A DNA stretch of 62,664 nucleotides, counting the filler, from Choristocarpus tenellus KU-1152 (lineage: Eukaryota; Protista; Phaeophyceae): the NCBI GenBank assembly GCA_964200185.2. It is 12 parts of 12 records of this genome, joined end to end, with 100 filler letters (N's around TTAATTAATTAA, not from the genome) between each part and the next. Parts side by side here need not be neighbours in the genome. Positions count along the whole stretch, not along the records: positions 1 to 2,662 come from CAXNAD020025860.1; positions 2,763 to 7,289 come from CAXNAD020014144.1; positions 7,390 to 14,822 come from CAXNAD020006172.1; 9 more parts are not named here. The stretch is one strand, 5' to 3'. Positions 1-14,299 of this stretch are shown here, in pieces. Position 1 is the stretch's first letter. Each line of letters opens with the position of its first letter. The notes below the pieces were generated by a model. The model worked only from the letters and a program-made list of their open reading frames with translations. It had not been told where the DNA came from and searched no databases. Both the position numbers and the translations under genes were made by a program.

Positions 1-695
1 GTTGATGGGAGGACACCCAACAGAAAAATCGTTGGGAGGTGAGTGGAGAGAGTTACGGGGGTGGGGGTGGGGGTGGGGGTGGGGGTGGGGGTGGAAGTTG
101 TTGATTCAAGTGCTTGAGAGTGGTTTCACCTTGTGGAACACCATCTGCTCTCCTCCCCCCACCAAACTAATGCATTTCCCTTCTCCGCTGATCAATCTCG
201 GAGCACAGACCTCTCCCCCTCACACACCCCGCCCTAAGATCTCACACCAGGGGGTAATGAGCTCCTCAACGCTCTGGGCAGTTCTCACCACTGTATTCCA
301 ATCTCCCCTTTCCCCCCAAAAGCACCCCATCCCCACCCATGCAACCAACTCTACTCCCAAACCTGCTTGCCATAGTCACACTCCTACGATGTACTACTCC
401 ACAACTTGCACAAGATAGCTTAAAAAGAAAAATTGTCTCAAAGAGCTCAAAAAGGCCTCCCTTCAAACACATTCCACGCCTATATCCCACCACCTCATCC
501 CTGAAACAAAAAACAAGAGTATTATTAACGAACAAGTTGGCAAACTTCTAATCTCTCCAACCCTGAGAGACTTTCCGGACCAGTTGATCCCAACCTAACC
601 CTAACCCTAACCTCCCCCAACAAATCTGCAGTTCAAAACACTCTCCATTCTCAGATGGAGGGGGAGTGGTCACTACAGGATCAAAGGTTGCTCAC

Positions 696-2611
696 CAAGA
701 CCAGTCGTGGGCTCATCCAGGAACAACAGAGCTGGGCGGGTCAGGAGTTCCATAGCAATGGAAAGGCGCCGTTTCTCGCCTCCGGATATGCCCCTGGTCA
801 GACCATCACCTATGAGTGATCCCTTCACTGCGCCAAGGCCTAGGTTTTCCAACACCTGACAAAGGCGATCAATTGGGATTGTGCGAGGACAGCAGGCGAG
901 GAAGGGTTAAGAGGTTGATGATCATTTGAAAGATGCTACTACCAATCATGTGAAAAGCCTAGCTCCAGCTCCAGCTCCAGCTGTGGCATAGGGATACTGA
1001 ACTACACTCTAAATCTAGCCCCAAAACCTCCACAACCCTAGCCCTTGCCCCACAGTTACATCCCCTAACCCTAACCCTTACTTCACCTAATCATCACACC
1101 GTAACAGAAACAATCACCGCAAGGCCAAAGCCAGATACACTAAAACCGCCCCCCAATGAAACGGCAACCTCAACGGCAATAGATAAACAAACACAACAAC
1201 AGCAACAATACCGCCACTGCTAAGAACAATAATAACAATAAATAACAGCGATAACTCAAGCCACGACCTCGCCCTACAACCCTAACCCTAACCTACTACC
1301 ATTCCGAATAGTTGATACTCCGTCCATCCCTCTTCCAGGGACATATAAAAACAAAAAAATAGAAAAATCAAAACTCACCCAAAGTACAAAAACCCCCCAA
1401 ACAAACCGACCTACCTCGTCCACACGCCGCTCTCGTCCCTCCCTTGTGAAATCCCCACGCATGCGAAGGCGTGCGTGGAACAAGAGGTGTTCCCGGCAGG
1501 TCAATGTGCTCGGCAACACATCCTCCTGCGTCACATACCCCGACGCGCGCCTGATGCAATCAGCGCTAACCGCCTTCCCATTCAAGCGCAACTCCCCGAC
1601 CACAGTCTCCACCCCCGCGCTCTCCACAGCCCTCCACCCCTGCCTTGGTCCTTGCCCACCAGGCAACGAACTCACCATACCCCCAGCCCTTGCCACAGCA
1701 GCTCTGGAGCCCCTGGCTTCACGCCTCCCAGCTAGGATGTCAAGCAGCGATGACTTCCCCGCCCCAGAGGGTCCCAATATGCCGGTAATAGTGGAAGGCA
1801 TTGGTCTAGCTTCCTGCCCTCCCATACCCCGTGACTCCCTCGACAATCTCCCAGCCCCTCCAACCACCGGGGTTGATGAATTGTCCTGGATCGGTGCCAT
1901 GGACGCCATAGGCGCTGGGAATGCGTTCAAATCTGGATCCCCCCTCCTCTCACCTTCACTTTTTACATGCCGTTGCAAGGGCACGGGGGGAGATGACATC
2001 GCGGCACGTCCATCACCAAACCCAACAAAGCCTTCCCAAGGACCCGCAAACCCCGACACCCCTCGCAGTACATTCCGAAGGCTGGAGGTCCCCTCCAAGC
2101 CACCGCTGTTTCCACTGCAGTCACCGCTCTTCCCGACTGCGTCACACCACCCTGTCGTACGCCTTCCTCCTCCTCCGATCGTACACCCACCCATTTCCCT
2201 GCGGTAACAAACTCCGTCGACATCGTAGTGTTGGGATTGAGTTTCTGCGCCCGTGGAAGGGATGTAGTAGGACAAACCAGTCCAAGAAAGGAGTGCTGGA
2301 GGAACAAGTAGGCGTTGCCTCGAAGAAGTCAGGCGCGATTCCACATCACTATTACTCCCAGACCTCCTCCCCTGTTGGCTATGGACAACAACAGTCCTGC
2401 TACTGACCGACGGTTGTGGCCGGTACACCTCATCCGACTCACTCCTCAGAGAAATTTCCCGTAAATTTCTACCCAACAACAGAGCGTCCTCCTCCTCACC
2501 CAATACCACCTCTGGGAGACTCCCAGTCTCCATGAGTCCAACCTTCGTACCGCCTGATCTTCGAGAAACCCCCATGTTCTGTATCACTTCGCCGCCACCA
2601 GCTCCCCCCAA
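696..2611 (-). CDS. ABC transporter subfamily G (White-like) nucleotide-binding domain, partial. Exons <=2611..1415 and 855..696
   Basis: Walker A GPSGAGKS, Q-loop GYVTQED, signature GISGGEKRRLSIA and Walker B LLFLDEPTTGL(D). Donor GAG|GTAGG at 1415/1414, acceptor CAG|GTG at 856/855, donor G|GTGAG at 696/695. Confidence 0.9.
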
Positions 2612-2662
2612 CCCCGTCTCCTTACCCGTTCACCCACCCACCCACCCCCCCCACACAGACCC

Positions 2663-2762
2663 NNNNNNNNNNNNNNNNNNNNNNNNNNNNNNNNNNNNNN
2701 NNNNNNTTAATTAATTAANNNNNNNNNNNNNNNNNNNNNNNNNNNNNNNNNNNNNNNNNNNN
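2663..2762. other. Artificial contig linker N44-TTAATTAATTAA-N44. Identical linkers at 7290-7389, 14823-14922, 18080-18179, 24228-24327, 29084-29183, 35092-35191, 37693-37792, 40829-40928, 52777-52876 and 55639-55738
   Basis: Eleven identical 100-nt blocks whose core puts stop codons in all six frames, which is a standard concatenation spacer. Confidence 0.97.
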
Positions 2763-2940
2763 GTTTCAGACACACCTTCCATAACGTACACATTTTACCT
2801 ACTCCGAAATATTTCGGAGTCGGAAGTTGTCATAAAAAAAAAACATGGGAAGCCAAGCCCTATATATTTTACCTACTACGAAACATTTTGGAGTCGGAAA
2901 ATGTCATTAAAAAATCCATGGGAAGCCAAGCCCCACAAAC
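2763..2940 (+). mobile_element. MITE family B fragment with an internal tandem duplication of the hairpin module
   Basis: Two copies of ttttacctact..gaaa..ttt.ggagt...gggaagccaagccc, matching the full copies at 15451, 36896 and 38520. Confidence 0.75.
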
Positions 2941-5569
2941 ATGGGGCGATAGGTAAAACTTTCTGATAGTGAAATTCATTTTGCCCAAACGTTCTCATAT
3001 AGTCGTATCATCAATTCGTAAATCTGAACCATATCATGGTTTCTCTTCGCTTCCATACATACACATACTTTTTTCTCCATATTCTCTTTTTGTTTTATCG
3101 ATCTTTCCTACTGTTTTTGAATAACGTAACATAGATGTTAGCAAATAGTAAAAAATAGATGACTTTCATTTACAACACCTGTTACTTTTTTAGGGGTTGT
3201 TTTGATATTGAACTTGCTATTGATCAGTTTTCCTCCGACGCATAATAAATGTTGAATGCAAAATAATATCTTATTAGAGGAAAAACCGATGAAATGTCCA
3301 TGTAATATCAGAATAACCTTTGAAAAAGTAACAATTGTCGTGAGTGTGCTATCGTCATCTGACATTTTGGAGATGTATCAGAAAATATATCGCCTTCAAC
3401 GATAGTACCTAGTATTTGTATTTTCTCATTTACCAACCATCTTTTGGTTCTAATTAATACCTCACATTAGTTTGAGGGGTCTGAAACTCGTCATTAAAGG
3501 TCCAACACGAAAGAATATAGAAGGCAATGATCATACCAATTCGCTAAAATACATTAAATTGACAACTCAACCATTCTTTCGGTGTATTTCGCACGTTATG
3601 TCTGACTAACCACCAACGTAATGGCGTTCTATTCCAAGCGCTAGGGTGTTGTTTATTATGTTTGCATCAGTAATTTTCACAAGGTTGAAAAATGTAAATA
3701 TAGTCCATTACACCTTTCATAATATTAGAATTATGGGTTTGTAAATTTTAGTCTTAGTGATTTATCTTGGTTTAGTGGTGAAAATATGTGCAGTGAGTTT
3801 TCCCTCCATTTTCTTCTTTCTGATTTTTGTCACCCTTCACTGGTGATATTTTTGAATATTTTACTATGAATATCTTTTTAGAGTATTTATATTTCTCACT
3901 TCTCAACCTTCATCTTGTGGTTCTTCTCATTCCCTTTCCATTGCAAGTCTCATTGTCCATGAATATTGTTCTGCACAGATTGGTAACTAGTATTCCCCAC
4001 AGTTCAATGAACTGACAATAGACAAAAAACAAGTTAGATTAGGTAGTTTCATGCGAGTAGTGGTTGTTGCATTGTGTAGTACGTCTGGTCACACATCGGG
4101 ATAATTCCCCCACTAAAGTGATAAAAATCCCAAATATTCGTATTAGAAATAATATGAGATTTTATTGGGGGGGTGTTGGGTTAACAGTGAGGCCTTCGTG
4201 TGAAACGTTCCAATCAGGGAGGGGAAAACACAAGATGGGAAGAGTTTACTCCAATATGTACACACAAAGTAATGTTTTCTTTATTGGAAGAAAATATATA
4301 AAACGAGATAATTCTCTTTCGATCCAACGTTGTTTGGAATGAGCGATGGCCAGTGAGTAGGAAGAGGTAGGGGGTGTCACATGCGACAGAGGTGTGAGTG
4401 GTGTGGGAGATATAAAAGAGGGTTAGTGGAAGGACTAGAAGGAGGGAACCCTCCTCCTGTTCAAGTCCTGGGAAGAGGATATGCTATAGTATAATAAAAT
4501 TAGTAAAAAAAGAATTATAATGTCAAGACTTAAAACAGGGGAATATGTGGGTGGAGGTAGTGGGCGAACCTGTCCAATTTTGTACCTAGTTGTGGTTCGC
4601 GGATTCTCATTGTGCAGGCAATCAAGCAATGTAAAGGTGTCGAAGTATTATTATTCGACGAGCAGACCGCCCAAATTGGTGGTATGGTATATTGGAGGTG
4701 GGACATCATCCAGAATTTTTTTTCACAAGATGAACTCTAACTATAAGACAAGATGGTGGGACAGAAATTCACAACTAATAATAGATTTTGTAATGACTAT
4801 TGATCCACAACTATGCAATAGGTGAGCAGACCCTTAAATAATGGATCTGATCCAACAAGAGGTCTTGTTGAACTGCTGCTGTTTAGGCTCCTACTATCAT
4901 CACGAGGATGGGTGCAGGCTTCATGGGGATGGTTTTGAGGTTCAGGATGAGAGGGTGCGAAACTCACCTCCATTGAGCGTGTGGAAGACTTGATGATCCG
5001 TGGAGGGTCAACATCCCACATGCACACACACACTTGTGTAATATCTTTTTTGTACTACAGTACACATGTATGTGATTTATAACTCGTGTAATGTTGACTT
5101 ACCGTGCCCACTGTCACTCAATTTGCATTCTGTAGATAGACAACGATGCAAAGGAGAAAAATCACTGCCCTTACTTTTCACCACCAAAATTGTTTTTGTT
5201 GTGTTTCGTTGGTCAACTTCCACAAACCCTTTTTTGTGCTTTCCTTTGAAACCTCACCTTGTCGGGTATCTCCACGCCTCATATGCAATGTTTATTATAT
5301 GCCATGTTTCGGTAGGTTACACGATCTATCATATCCACCCTCAACTCATCATTTACATCACGTAAGTGTCTTAGCTTGAAAAAATCAGGATCTTTGAAAA
5401 ATACAATAAAATGTTTGAGGACATAATTATAGAACATGTAGTTGGGAACGTGTCGGGAACAGTTTGCCGGATAAGCGGAGTAACTCCATGGTCAAAACAG
5501 AAAACAGAAAAACAGAAAATCGAGTTGTATATGAGATGATGCCATGCATTGCAAGTTTACTGGCGGTAG

Positions 5570-6876
5570 AAACCAAATCTCGCCCCTGCTGCCTGCTACC
5601 TACATCAACAAAACCATTGGCCCTTGGGTGAAAATAATCAAGGACCAGGTTTCTCACTTCTCCTCTGTTCCTACCTGGAAATCCACAGTTCCTTGTCATA
5701 TAGTCCTACCTCTCAGACTCTCTAGTGCTACATTGGTGGTCCAATCCAACGGCACGTCCACTATACTGAGGAGTATTGGGTGCAGAGGCAATGCAGAAGT
5801 TCAACAAAGCGTAGACCACCAACACTGTTCCTCCTTCCGTTATCCCCCACTTTATTGTATTACCAACTATACCTCAGACCAAGAACTTTAGTGACATTAT
5901 GCTAGAGCCAGACACCCGGCGCGATGGCCGAGGAGCAGAACAGAGGAGTCGCAACGATGCCTCCCCCCGCTTGACAACAGTGAGCCCAGCTGTGACGCCT
6001 CCCCAATCCATTACTCCTCCCAGAGTTCGTCAACAGGTATCCACTGGTAACCCTTACCTTCCAGGCGCTCCCATGTCGTCATCAGGGACAATGTCGGCCG
6101 TGGCAGGTGTGGCCGGGCCTGGAGGAGGAATGGGCAGTTCCCTGCACTCTCACTCTTTCCCAAACTCGATGCCCCCTTCGCCTGCGTCAGCGACCTCATC
6201 GACAGTTCACCTGGCATCTCTTCCATCGTTGTCTCCATCGTCGGTGGCCTCGTCCCTCGCGCTCAAAAATGCTGCCGAGGGAATGTGGGATATACGACCG
6301 GGTATTGGGGAGCGGAGGGACTCCGGAGACTTGTCCACCGCATCGTTTGAAGGAGTGGTGAGTTCACTCGAATCGAATCCTGTGTGTTCTGTGATATGTG
6401 TTCATACAGCGTACGGGGTGCAATTGGCCACTACGCTTCTTTTCAGACCTACATCACTTGCGGTGTGGTGCAAGTTGTTGGACCTAGGCTATGATGTGGT
6501 GCAGGTGGGGCTCATGGATCTTTGGTCTTTGTGTGTATTTATAGTTTGTGACAATGCGATAAAATGATAATATCCAAATGCAGATTGGTGTGTAGTCACT
6601 ATTCTAGTTGAGCGACAACCTTCCACTACCACCAGTGTTGTTATGCCCTTCACCGTAGAGAAGGTGCGCCCCAGTGAGTGTATTGGGATGTAAAATCGTA
6701 CCGAGGGAAACTCAGTGGTAGAGGTTTATTATTTTTCTTCTACATCAGTGTAAGCAGTTTTGCACAACAGGTATCGTGTACTCTTGAGGAGATGTTCAGC
6801 AATCTGGGACAGCAACTTCTAGGGGCAGTTGTAGGTCCCACGTATTACTGTATGGCAGCATCGACTACTTCCCTAG
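5570..6876 (+). CDS. Hypothetical protein, partial, possibly FERM-like with a Ser/Pro-rich insertion. Exons 5570-5648, 5878-6357, 6771-6876, with an upstream donor at 4821
   Basis: Phase-compatible GT-AG junctions give ...CNR|NQISPLLPATYINKTIGPWVKIIKDQ|TKNFSDIMLEPD...EGV|VSCTLEEMF. The FERM resemblance (LP..Y....W...I) is weak. Confidence 0.5.
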
Positions 6877-7173
6877 GTATGAGACGAGTAGCAAGAGCAG
6901 ATAGGGACAAGAGTGGCACAGAATACTACAAAACCTTTGAACATAATAACCGTAGAATCCATAGTTTCGTTTTGTATCCGTTCCTGTGTTTCACTTCACA
7001 TCGTGTTATGTATAAGCCTGGCTTACAAGTACCATGTATCCTCCTCTCCACTACTGTTGTTTGTCATCCCCTTTCGATCCCTATTGTTATTTCCTCTCAC
7101 CTTTTCCAGGAGTGGCACAAATATATTTCTTTCTATACGGCGCTTATCAATTCTCCAGCCCTTCCTTCACCAC

Positions 7174-7228
<55 letters not shown>

Positions 7229-8085
7229 CCCTCCTTCTCTCTCTTTCTCTCTTTCCTTTTCTCTTCTTTGTCTTTTTTGTTTTCCCTCTNNNNNNNNNNN
7301 NNNNNNNNNNNNNNNNNNNNNNNNNNNNNNNNNTTAATTAATTAANNNNNNNNNNNNNNNNNNNNNNNNNNNNNNNNNNNNNNNNNNNNTTGATTGCCTT
7401 CATTGGATGGATAAAGTTCCCTTCTTCTGGGCAGAGCCTGAATTGGCACCCTAGTGTAGACCCCCCCCCCCCCCCATCAAATACTTTGAGCCTAAGTTGT
7501 ATCTGGATCGGGGCCTGTTCATGGAAACATCTAGTTTCTCTCCTGAAGAATTTGATGTTGTGGCAAAGTTACTTCCTGAGTAGATAGCAATCACTATGCA
7601 TCCCCAACTTGTCATTGTTCAAGACTTAGCGCAGACCATTTTTTCAAGTGGGGTTCTTGTGTTTGAGGCACTACCTGTTTTATTGTAGTTGTGAAGAAGT
7701 GTGTTACGGTTACTATAATTAAAATAGTGATACTAATAATACTATAGGCTACTTTTAGCTTTCTTAGAATGACCAACTCGTGTGAAGGGAGTGGCAAGGT
7801 ATGTTATTACTCACAATAGCATTGTGCCCCAAATTGTAGTGCTTGGGTGATACACCCAGTATTTCTAATTACATTCGTATAGTTTAATTTGGTGTTTCTA
7901 ATACACTCTGCATGCCTCTGGTTAATTTGGTGCATGCAATACTGGATTGCTCTCTTGTAACCATACAATTTTTATCTGCACCTAGTTCACCCCAAAATTA
8001 GTTGCTTGCCAGTCACATACACATACCGTTTGTGTTTGATTCTATCTTGACAATGGCAACAACTATTGTTGCATGTTACTATCAG

Positions 8086-11000
8086 GATCAAGCAAACTCT
8101 GCCAGAGGCTATCTGGCCATTGCTACCGCCTGACCCATCCACTGTGTGCCCATACCTGGATGGGGGAGAGGGTGTGAATGAAGACCTTCACAAGTTAGCT
8201 GGTAACTTGGAAGGTTTTGGTATTGTATGTGCAGATATTTGTTTGAAATTTCAAGTTATCTTGTGAAGTAGAGTCCCATGTGTGGTGGTTATGTGTAGTA
8301 CATAGGTATGAAATAGGTTCAGAACACCCATTCGTCAAACTTTCATTTTATGACTTGACAGTTTCACTCACAAGAGTCATGACTTGACTTGGTTGTGTAA
8401 CTACCCCGGGTTGGTAACATATGGTTAACACATGGCACTTTTTGAGCCATCTTTGATGTGTGCCTTTGCCCTCTTGCAGTTGAACTGCTTGGGAAGATTA
8501 AAGCCAGGGAGGATGCAATGGCACTGAGTGTCTGGCTTGACAACGATTTATTTCAGGAGAGTAAACGAACTGGAGCAGGCGAAATGGATGAGGTGGAAGA
8601 GGTGGAACGTAGTTGGCGGGCTAGTGTCCTGATCCAAGTCCTTCTACGGGCAGGCCAAGTGTCTCCAACACACACCTTTACATTGCTTGATCGGTGAGGT
8701 CACTTCAATCAAATTTTTCCCCACTCTGATCATACAGAACACCAGTCCACCTCCTATGAGAAAGGTATCCATTAATGAGAACCTTTAATGTACCAAAAAA
8801 TATGGTTTAGTAAAAAGTGGTTAATGTTGTTTAGAGTACGTGGAGATTGTGTTTGTGCAAGGATATCAAATATACAATGCAGTGGTATACCTCAAATCAC
8901 TGTTTTTACTTTTATTTTTATTTTTACCTGCAGGTATCGTCAGACCCTGTCCATGCTAGCTTGTCATGATACCTGCGGCAAGGACAATCAGGTTGGTTAG
9001 TAATAGAAGGACATCTGACAGTAATAGAAGGACATCTGACCGAAGATGATTTAAGCACAGCAGAGCGTGTGCATATATTTCATCATATGGTGTGGTGTGA
9101 CAAATTTTGAGGGTTGCCAAGGGCCCTGCACTTGGAACATTTTAAGCTATCGTTTTTTATTTTTTACTTTTAAGTATCAGAGATGATCAATCATTGTAAC
9201 AGTCAGAGATCGCTTCACAAAATTGTACAATATAACAACAGGATGTCAACCAAACAATCAAAGGATTGCTACCCCTTACTGAATATATGGTAGGCCCCAC
9301 CTTGTTGCATGGTGTTGATTGTAATGGAGTGAAACTATTAGTAAGACCATCTTGCAGGGAGGGTCACATGGATTGTGATGATTAAGTGCTGTTGGTTGGA
9401 TTATAATTGATTGATTGCTATTGGTTGAGGAAAGAAAGTACATGGGTGGTACTATGATGGTACCATGGTGAGTGACATGGTGTGGTAAAAGATCTCTAGT
9501 CCTTGTACTGGAGCATTACCTGCTAGGATTAGTTTCAAGGAAGGTTAATTTATCAGTTGGTTTAGTTAATTTCTTTAGTTTATTTAGTTTTTAGTCAATT
9601 TAGTCTAGTTAATTAAGTTTTATTAATTTAGTGAATTTATTGGTACATGTACATTTTAGTCAATTTAGTCTAGTCAATTTAGTTTTATTAATTTAGTGAA
9701 TTTATTGGTACATGTACATAGTGTACGCAGCTGTACACCAAGCTATAGCCTTTGCCCCGCTGATGAGGGTGTCATCTTTGGGTGGACTAGTGTAGTGCAC
9801 AAAAAATATGTGTTGATACAGATTAATTTCCTACTCCAAACCCATTCAAATCCAATAAGTGAATTTGCATTTTTTTGTCCCAGGTTGTGTGCATTTTTCT
9901 ACTCCTGGCATTGCATCTTTCAAGATCTTTCAGTGTGATCTCATTGAATGTACACACTGGAGCTGTTTTTGGTCTGTACTGCTGCTCTCTTTGTCACCTG
10001 TGTGATATGTTACCTGTGTGATGTGTGATGTGTGATAATGTAGGTGGCCATGCTCGATGGGATTGGACAGCTTTGGCAACATTCACCAGCATGGTTCTGT
10101 CTTGTCTGTCGACATATGCTTCGCTTTGGCATTGTCAGTCCTTCTGTGATTGTCTGCTATTTTTTCCGGGAAGATAATAGTAATGCCATTGCAGTTACGC
10201 CTTCACTTTGGGAGGTGAGATGGATGTGGTCTGGACTGAACTTTAACTTGATTAGCTTCTCTAAAGGTGGGCATGGTTATGATTCAGGGATTTGTTGTTT
10301 TGTAGATGCAAGTTAAGTCATGGAGAGTTTTGGGTCTGTGTATTTTGTCTCAGTTAGCGGCCTTCATATCCTGTGCAGGTCCTTAATGATGCAATTTCCT
10401 TGAGTCTGGATCATGTGGCTGCAGCACTGGAAGGTCTGCACGAAGCAAAGTGTGCCAAAGAAGCATTTGTGGCAAGGGAAAGTGCTAAGAGAGCAGCCAG
10501 GGAGAGTGAAACCATGCAACCAAAATGTGCAAAAGAGCCCAATACAGAGGAGGACAAGCAGGAGACAAGCACAACCTCCAAAGGTGATAGACCAAGGAAT
10601 AGCACGAATGCAACTTAACATTCACATTGTGCTGCAATATGTAACCAATGATAACTCAGTCTGTTCCAAACGGCAGGAAGATGGTTAAATTTGAACTGAA
10701 TCAAAAATAATTTTGCCCAATTGCATGAAAAAAGGGTTAAAGCTTTTGTATTTCCAGTGTCATTGATAAATAAGCTTTGTACTGCCACTTACTATTGTCA
10801 CTGATGCAACATTTTGTCAACTGTGATGAGACCCCAATCAGACACTGAAAATCATTTCAGAACAGTTACACTCTGTTGATTCACTGGTCCATTTTTGACT
10901 TTTAGTTGTTACTCTCCCTTTTTAATGAACAGCAATTCCAAATAGTCTTATTCTTCAACATATTTCTATTTTCTTTTTTGTAGTTTGTGTTCACACTTAG

Positions 11001-11545
11001 CCACAGTTACACCACTGGTGCTCTGCAATTGGTAGGAATTATGTTCATTCAGGGCCAAATTGCCTCAATGAAAAGATCAAGTATCTGTGGATCGGAACAA
11101 ACCTCAGCCCTAAGTATAACTAATAATGTTTTATTTTCATGTTGACATATTGGTGCCATCAATTCACATCAACTCACATCCAGCTGAGGATGAAGACCAA
11201 GATGAAGATGAGGAGGACATCTTTGCTGACAGTGTGGGAATTGCTAAGGAGAAGGTAGGTGAGGCAAGGACACTGTGTGCAGAGATGGGGTCTCTGTTCA
11301 TTCGTGCCTTTTCCTCTGCATTGATGCAATATGCTGACAGTGGTGTGACTAATCCTTTCTTGGACCCATGGTGGATAAGCATGATATCCTATTTCAAAGC
11401 AGCCTTGCGAGCATTTTGCACCCCACCAGCCATGCCAGCAGGGCTACTGGTTGGCATTGATGGGTTGGAGGGTGGCCTTCACTTTGTGGACCCTGACATG
11501 CTTGAGAATGCAGCTGTGGCCTCAGGGTGTGGGAAATACTTAAAG
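8086..11545 (+). CDS. NCBP1: Nuclear cap-binding protein subunit 1 (CBP80), C-terminal MIF4G-like region, partial. Exons 8086-8201, 8480-8693, 8934-8991, 10044-10214, 10379-10583, 11184-11545
   Basis: The spliced peptide RIKQTLPEAIWPLLPPDP..., VLIQVLLRAGQVSPTHTFTLLDRY and GIGQLWQHSPAWFCLVCRHMLRFGIVSPSVIVCYFF matches CBP80 motifs. All junctions are GT-AG and in phase. Confidence 0.8.
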
Positions 11546-14299
11546 GTGAGGCTTGTACTTATTCATATTACCCAATGCCCATCCCCTCTTCCTCCTGGTG
11601 GAAGCAGTCACTTCTTGCCTAAAGAACAAAAAGACATAACTTTTGATGGAAAAGAGGGGGATCTTGAGGTTTGGTGAAGAATGATTGGACAGACCTGTGG
11701 TTTTTCCCTTCAAAATATGGTAACCAAACTCATTTTAATAATTATTTTCCTTTCAAAATCAAATAGACAACAGCTGCATGCATCTTATGTAATGTGTGAA
11801 GTTTTGTGCCTGAAGAACCTTACAAGTATGACAAACAAGTATGACAATGTATGCTTATCACACATACAGACCACACACCACACAACCATGCACACGTAAA
11901 AACTTGTATTTTATTAGTTTAGTGCAGATATTGCTTGGTACTGATTGTTCATTGAATTCTTTCAAGCACTCAGATGTTCTATGTCTCCTGTGAGACTTGT
12001 ACCTGTTGCCCTTTTCAGTCTCTGGAACAGTATAACCCGTCCCTACTTTTGTTGTAGATGTTGGTACTTATAGATCTGTTTTTGCAAGAATTAATTCTCA
12101 ACCGGTATCATATCTTTTTCTTACACCATGAGTGATGAAGCTCATCAGGGGTAGTGTCTTCATATCTTTGTAATGTTGGCAATGTGTAGTTACACAGTTG
12201 TGTCACCTTGTACTTGGAGTGCCCCCATACCAGTTCAATTGGTCCAGCATGTGTTTGTAGTTGAAAGCATCAGGTATTTCCTACCCATTCTCTCCATTAA
12301 GATAACACAACATACTTTTACAGCCTTGAAGTCAGTCTTCTCCCCAAGCACCTGAGTCATGCTCAGTGATGGATTCTTGCCCTTTCAATCTTTGGCCATA
12401 TTGGGCAAAAGGAGGTCCCTCTCAAATGGGTATTGTCTGAAGCCAGTGGGCTTCCCCATACACTCCAACGACTTGGGGTTTGATTATGCAAAGGGTGGTT
12501 CATCTCCTACCTTTTGCCTATCATCCTTACCTTGCTCATTGTTGGACTTCTATCTTCTAAGAGGTTGCTGTAATCTATAGCAGCAGTAAAGTCATCTCCT
12601 TTGTTCTGCCCACCATTCCTCACTAACGTTCAATTCATTAATAAATAGAATACATCAGGTGTGTCTGACTTCAATCAGTTACACCATTATGACTAGTCAA
12701 ATAAGCCTGCCGAAAAGTGGGATACATGACAGTCATCTTATCCAGGTTATCAACCATCTATCAAAGCATCTTTTCCGCACTCGAGAGATCCTTTGTTCTT
12801 CCCATATTTGAAGTAGAGATCAAGTACATAAATTACATACCCTTGTTGTCCTGGTGAGGCAAGTCACATTTGTAAAACTTCTCTGGTGTCTTCCTATCCC
12901 CTCCAGATGCGATGTCAGCAAATATATTGAAAGAGGTGTTATACTGATGATAGGTATGGATATTGTGAGGTATGAGGTACTTTTAAGTATGACCAATCAT
13001 CATCAGTAGTATGAAGTAGGTCAGTGCATAGTCCTATTGTTTTGAACTCTTGCATGCGTCCAGAGTATGCTATACACTATTGAATACTTGGCACTAGTCC
13101 TAGCTAATTGAACAAGTATGTTACTAATAATATATGGGCTTATCGGTACCTCCTTAACCTGGTCTTTTGTTGCCTCAATAAAGCCTGTTCATATGATACT
13201 CCCAGACACCATAAATCTGAGCCCAGAATGTTCAAGGGGACTGGATTTTTGGTGCCTGGGAGTATCTCAACTGACTTTATGGAGGCAACTGATAACCAGC
13301 TTGAGGAGACACAGGTAAGCCCACATACAAGTTTTGTGTGCTAGACCTAGTAGTGTACTTTATATGCATAGGAAAGTTCACCTGTTGTGTTATTATCTCC
13401 CTTACCACTGCATTCCCTCTTACCTACTCCAACTTTTCTTGTGGTTCTTGTGATTGAGCAACCACCTCCTCTGGTACATTCCTTGATTGCATTCATTTCT
13501 TGATTACAATTCTGAAAAAAATAGTGAAAGGGGAAATGGATAATGGAAGATGTATTATGGATGGAGATAATATGTGGCAGTGTGAGGGCTCCAGCAAAAG
13601 TGTTGAATTTGTCATCATGCAGGGACAAGCATTAGACAGGTATACCTAAGCAGGTATGCATACTGCTCCAACCATTCACATGTAGAGCTCTATATAGGAG
13701 TGACATATTTCAGACTACAAGCCTGTTCGCTGCTTAGTCCCGCTTTATTACAACTTACAGTACTACTAATATGTACTGTGTATAATGTATAATATATAAT
13801 AATAGATTATAGGATATGAACCAAAGTGCAGTTTTTGTGAAGGATGTAGGTAGTACTTAGCACAGTTTGGCACGTACTGTATTGACTAACCACTGTGGAG
13901 AAATAAGCACTTGTAGTACTTGTTCACACAGACTAAAGAAATTGTGAAAAACAAGCAATCACACATTTGATAACCCTCTAGGATATGCAATACATCTGGC
14001 CGACCATTTATCGGAAAGCACTTTTCCAGTTTTCTGACAGTGTTGGTGCAGCATTGGATGATCTCAGACCTTTTTCTATGTCAACTCCCTGCCCACTTGA
14101 CTAAGTAATAGATGGTATTAGTAGTATCTCTTGAGTGGGCTTGAGTATATATCTTGATGGTATGTATCTGGATGACTTGACAACTTTTCAAAGTATGTTC
14201 AAAGGTCACTTTGTGCAATATATTAAGGGTTGAGACAAGAGAGGGAAGGGAATGAAAGGTAAAAGGGTGAGGTTATACCCTTAGAGTCAATGTTAGGGC

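Noticed and set aside
590-1295. CCCTAA repeats as a telomere
   Set aside because: Only 2-4 degenerate units inside ABCG introns, so interstitial.
1446-2207. 253-aa plus-strand ORF
   Set aside because: Antisense shadow of the ABCG exon.
2707-2718. Recurrent TTAATTAATTAA as a biological motif
   Set aside because: It is always embedded in identical N padding, so it is an artificial linker.
7174-7232. Poly-proline ORFs (also 39644-39689)
   Set aside because: They come from poly-C tracts in introns or at contig ends and are not coding.
9000-9720. Short tandem duplications (20 bp at ~9000, ~66 bp at ~9590; similar at 44658, 54324, 55473)
   Set aside because: Ordinary local slippage in intronic or intergenic DNA.
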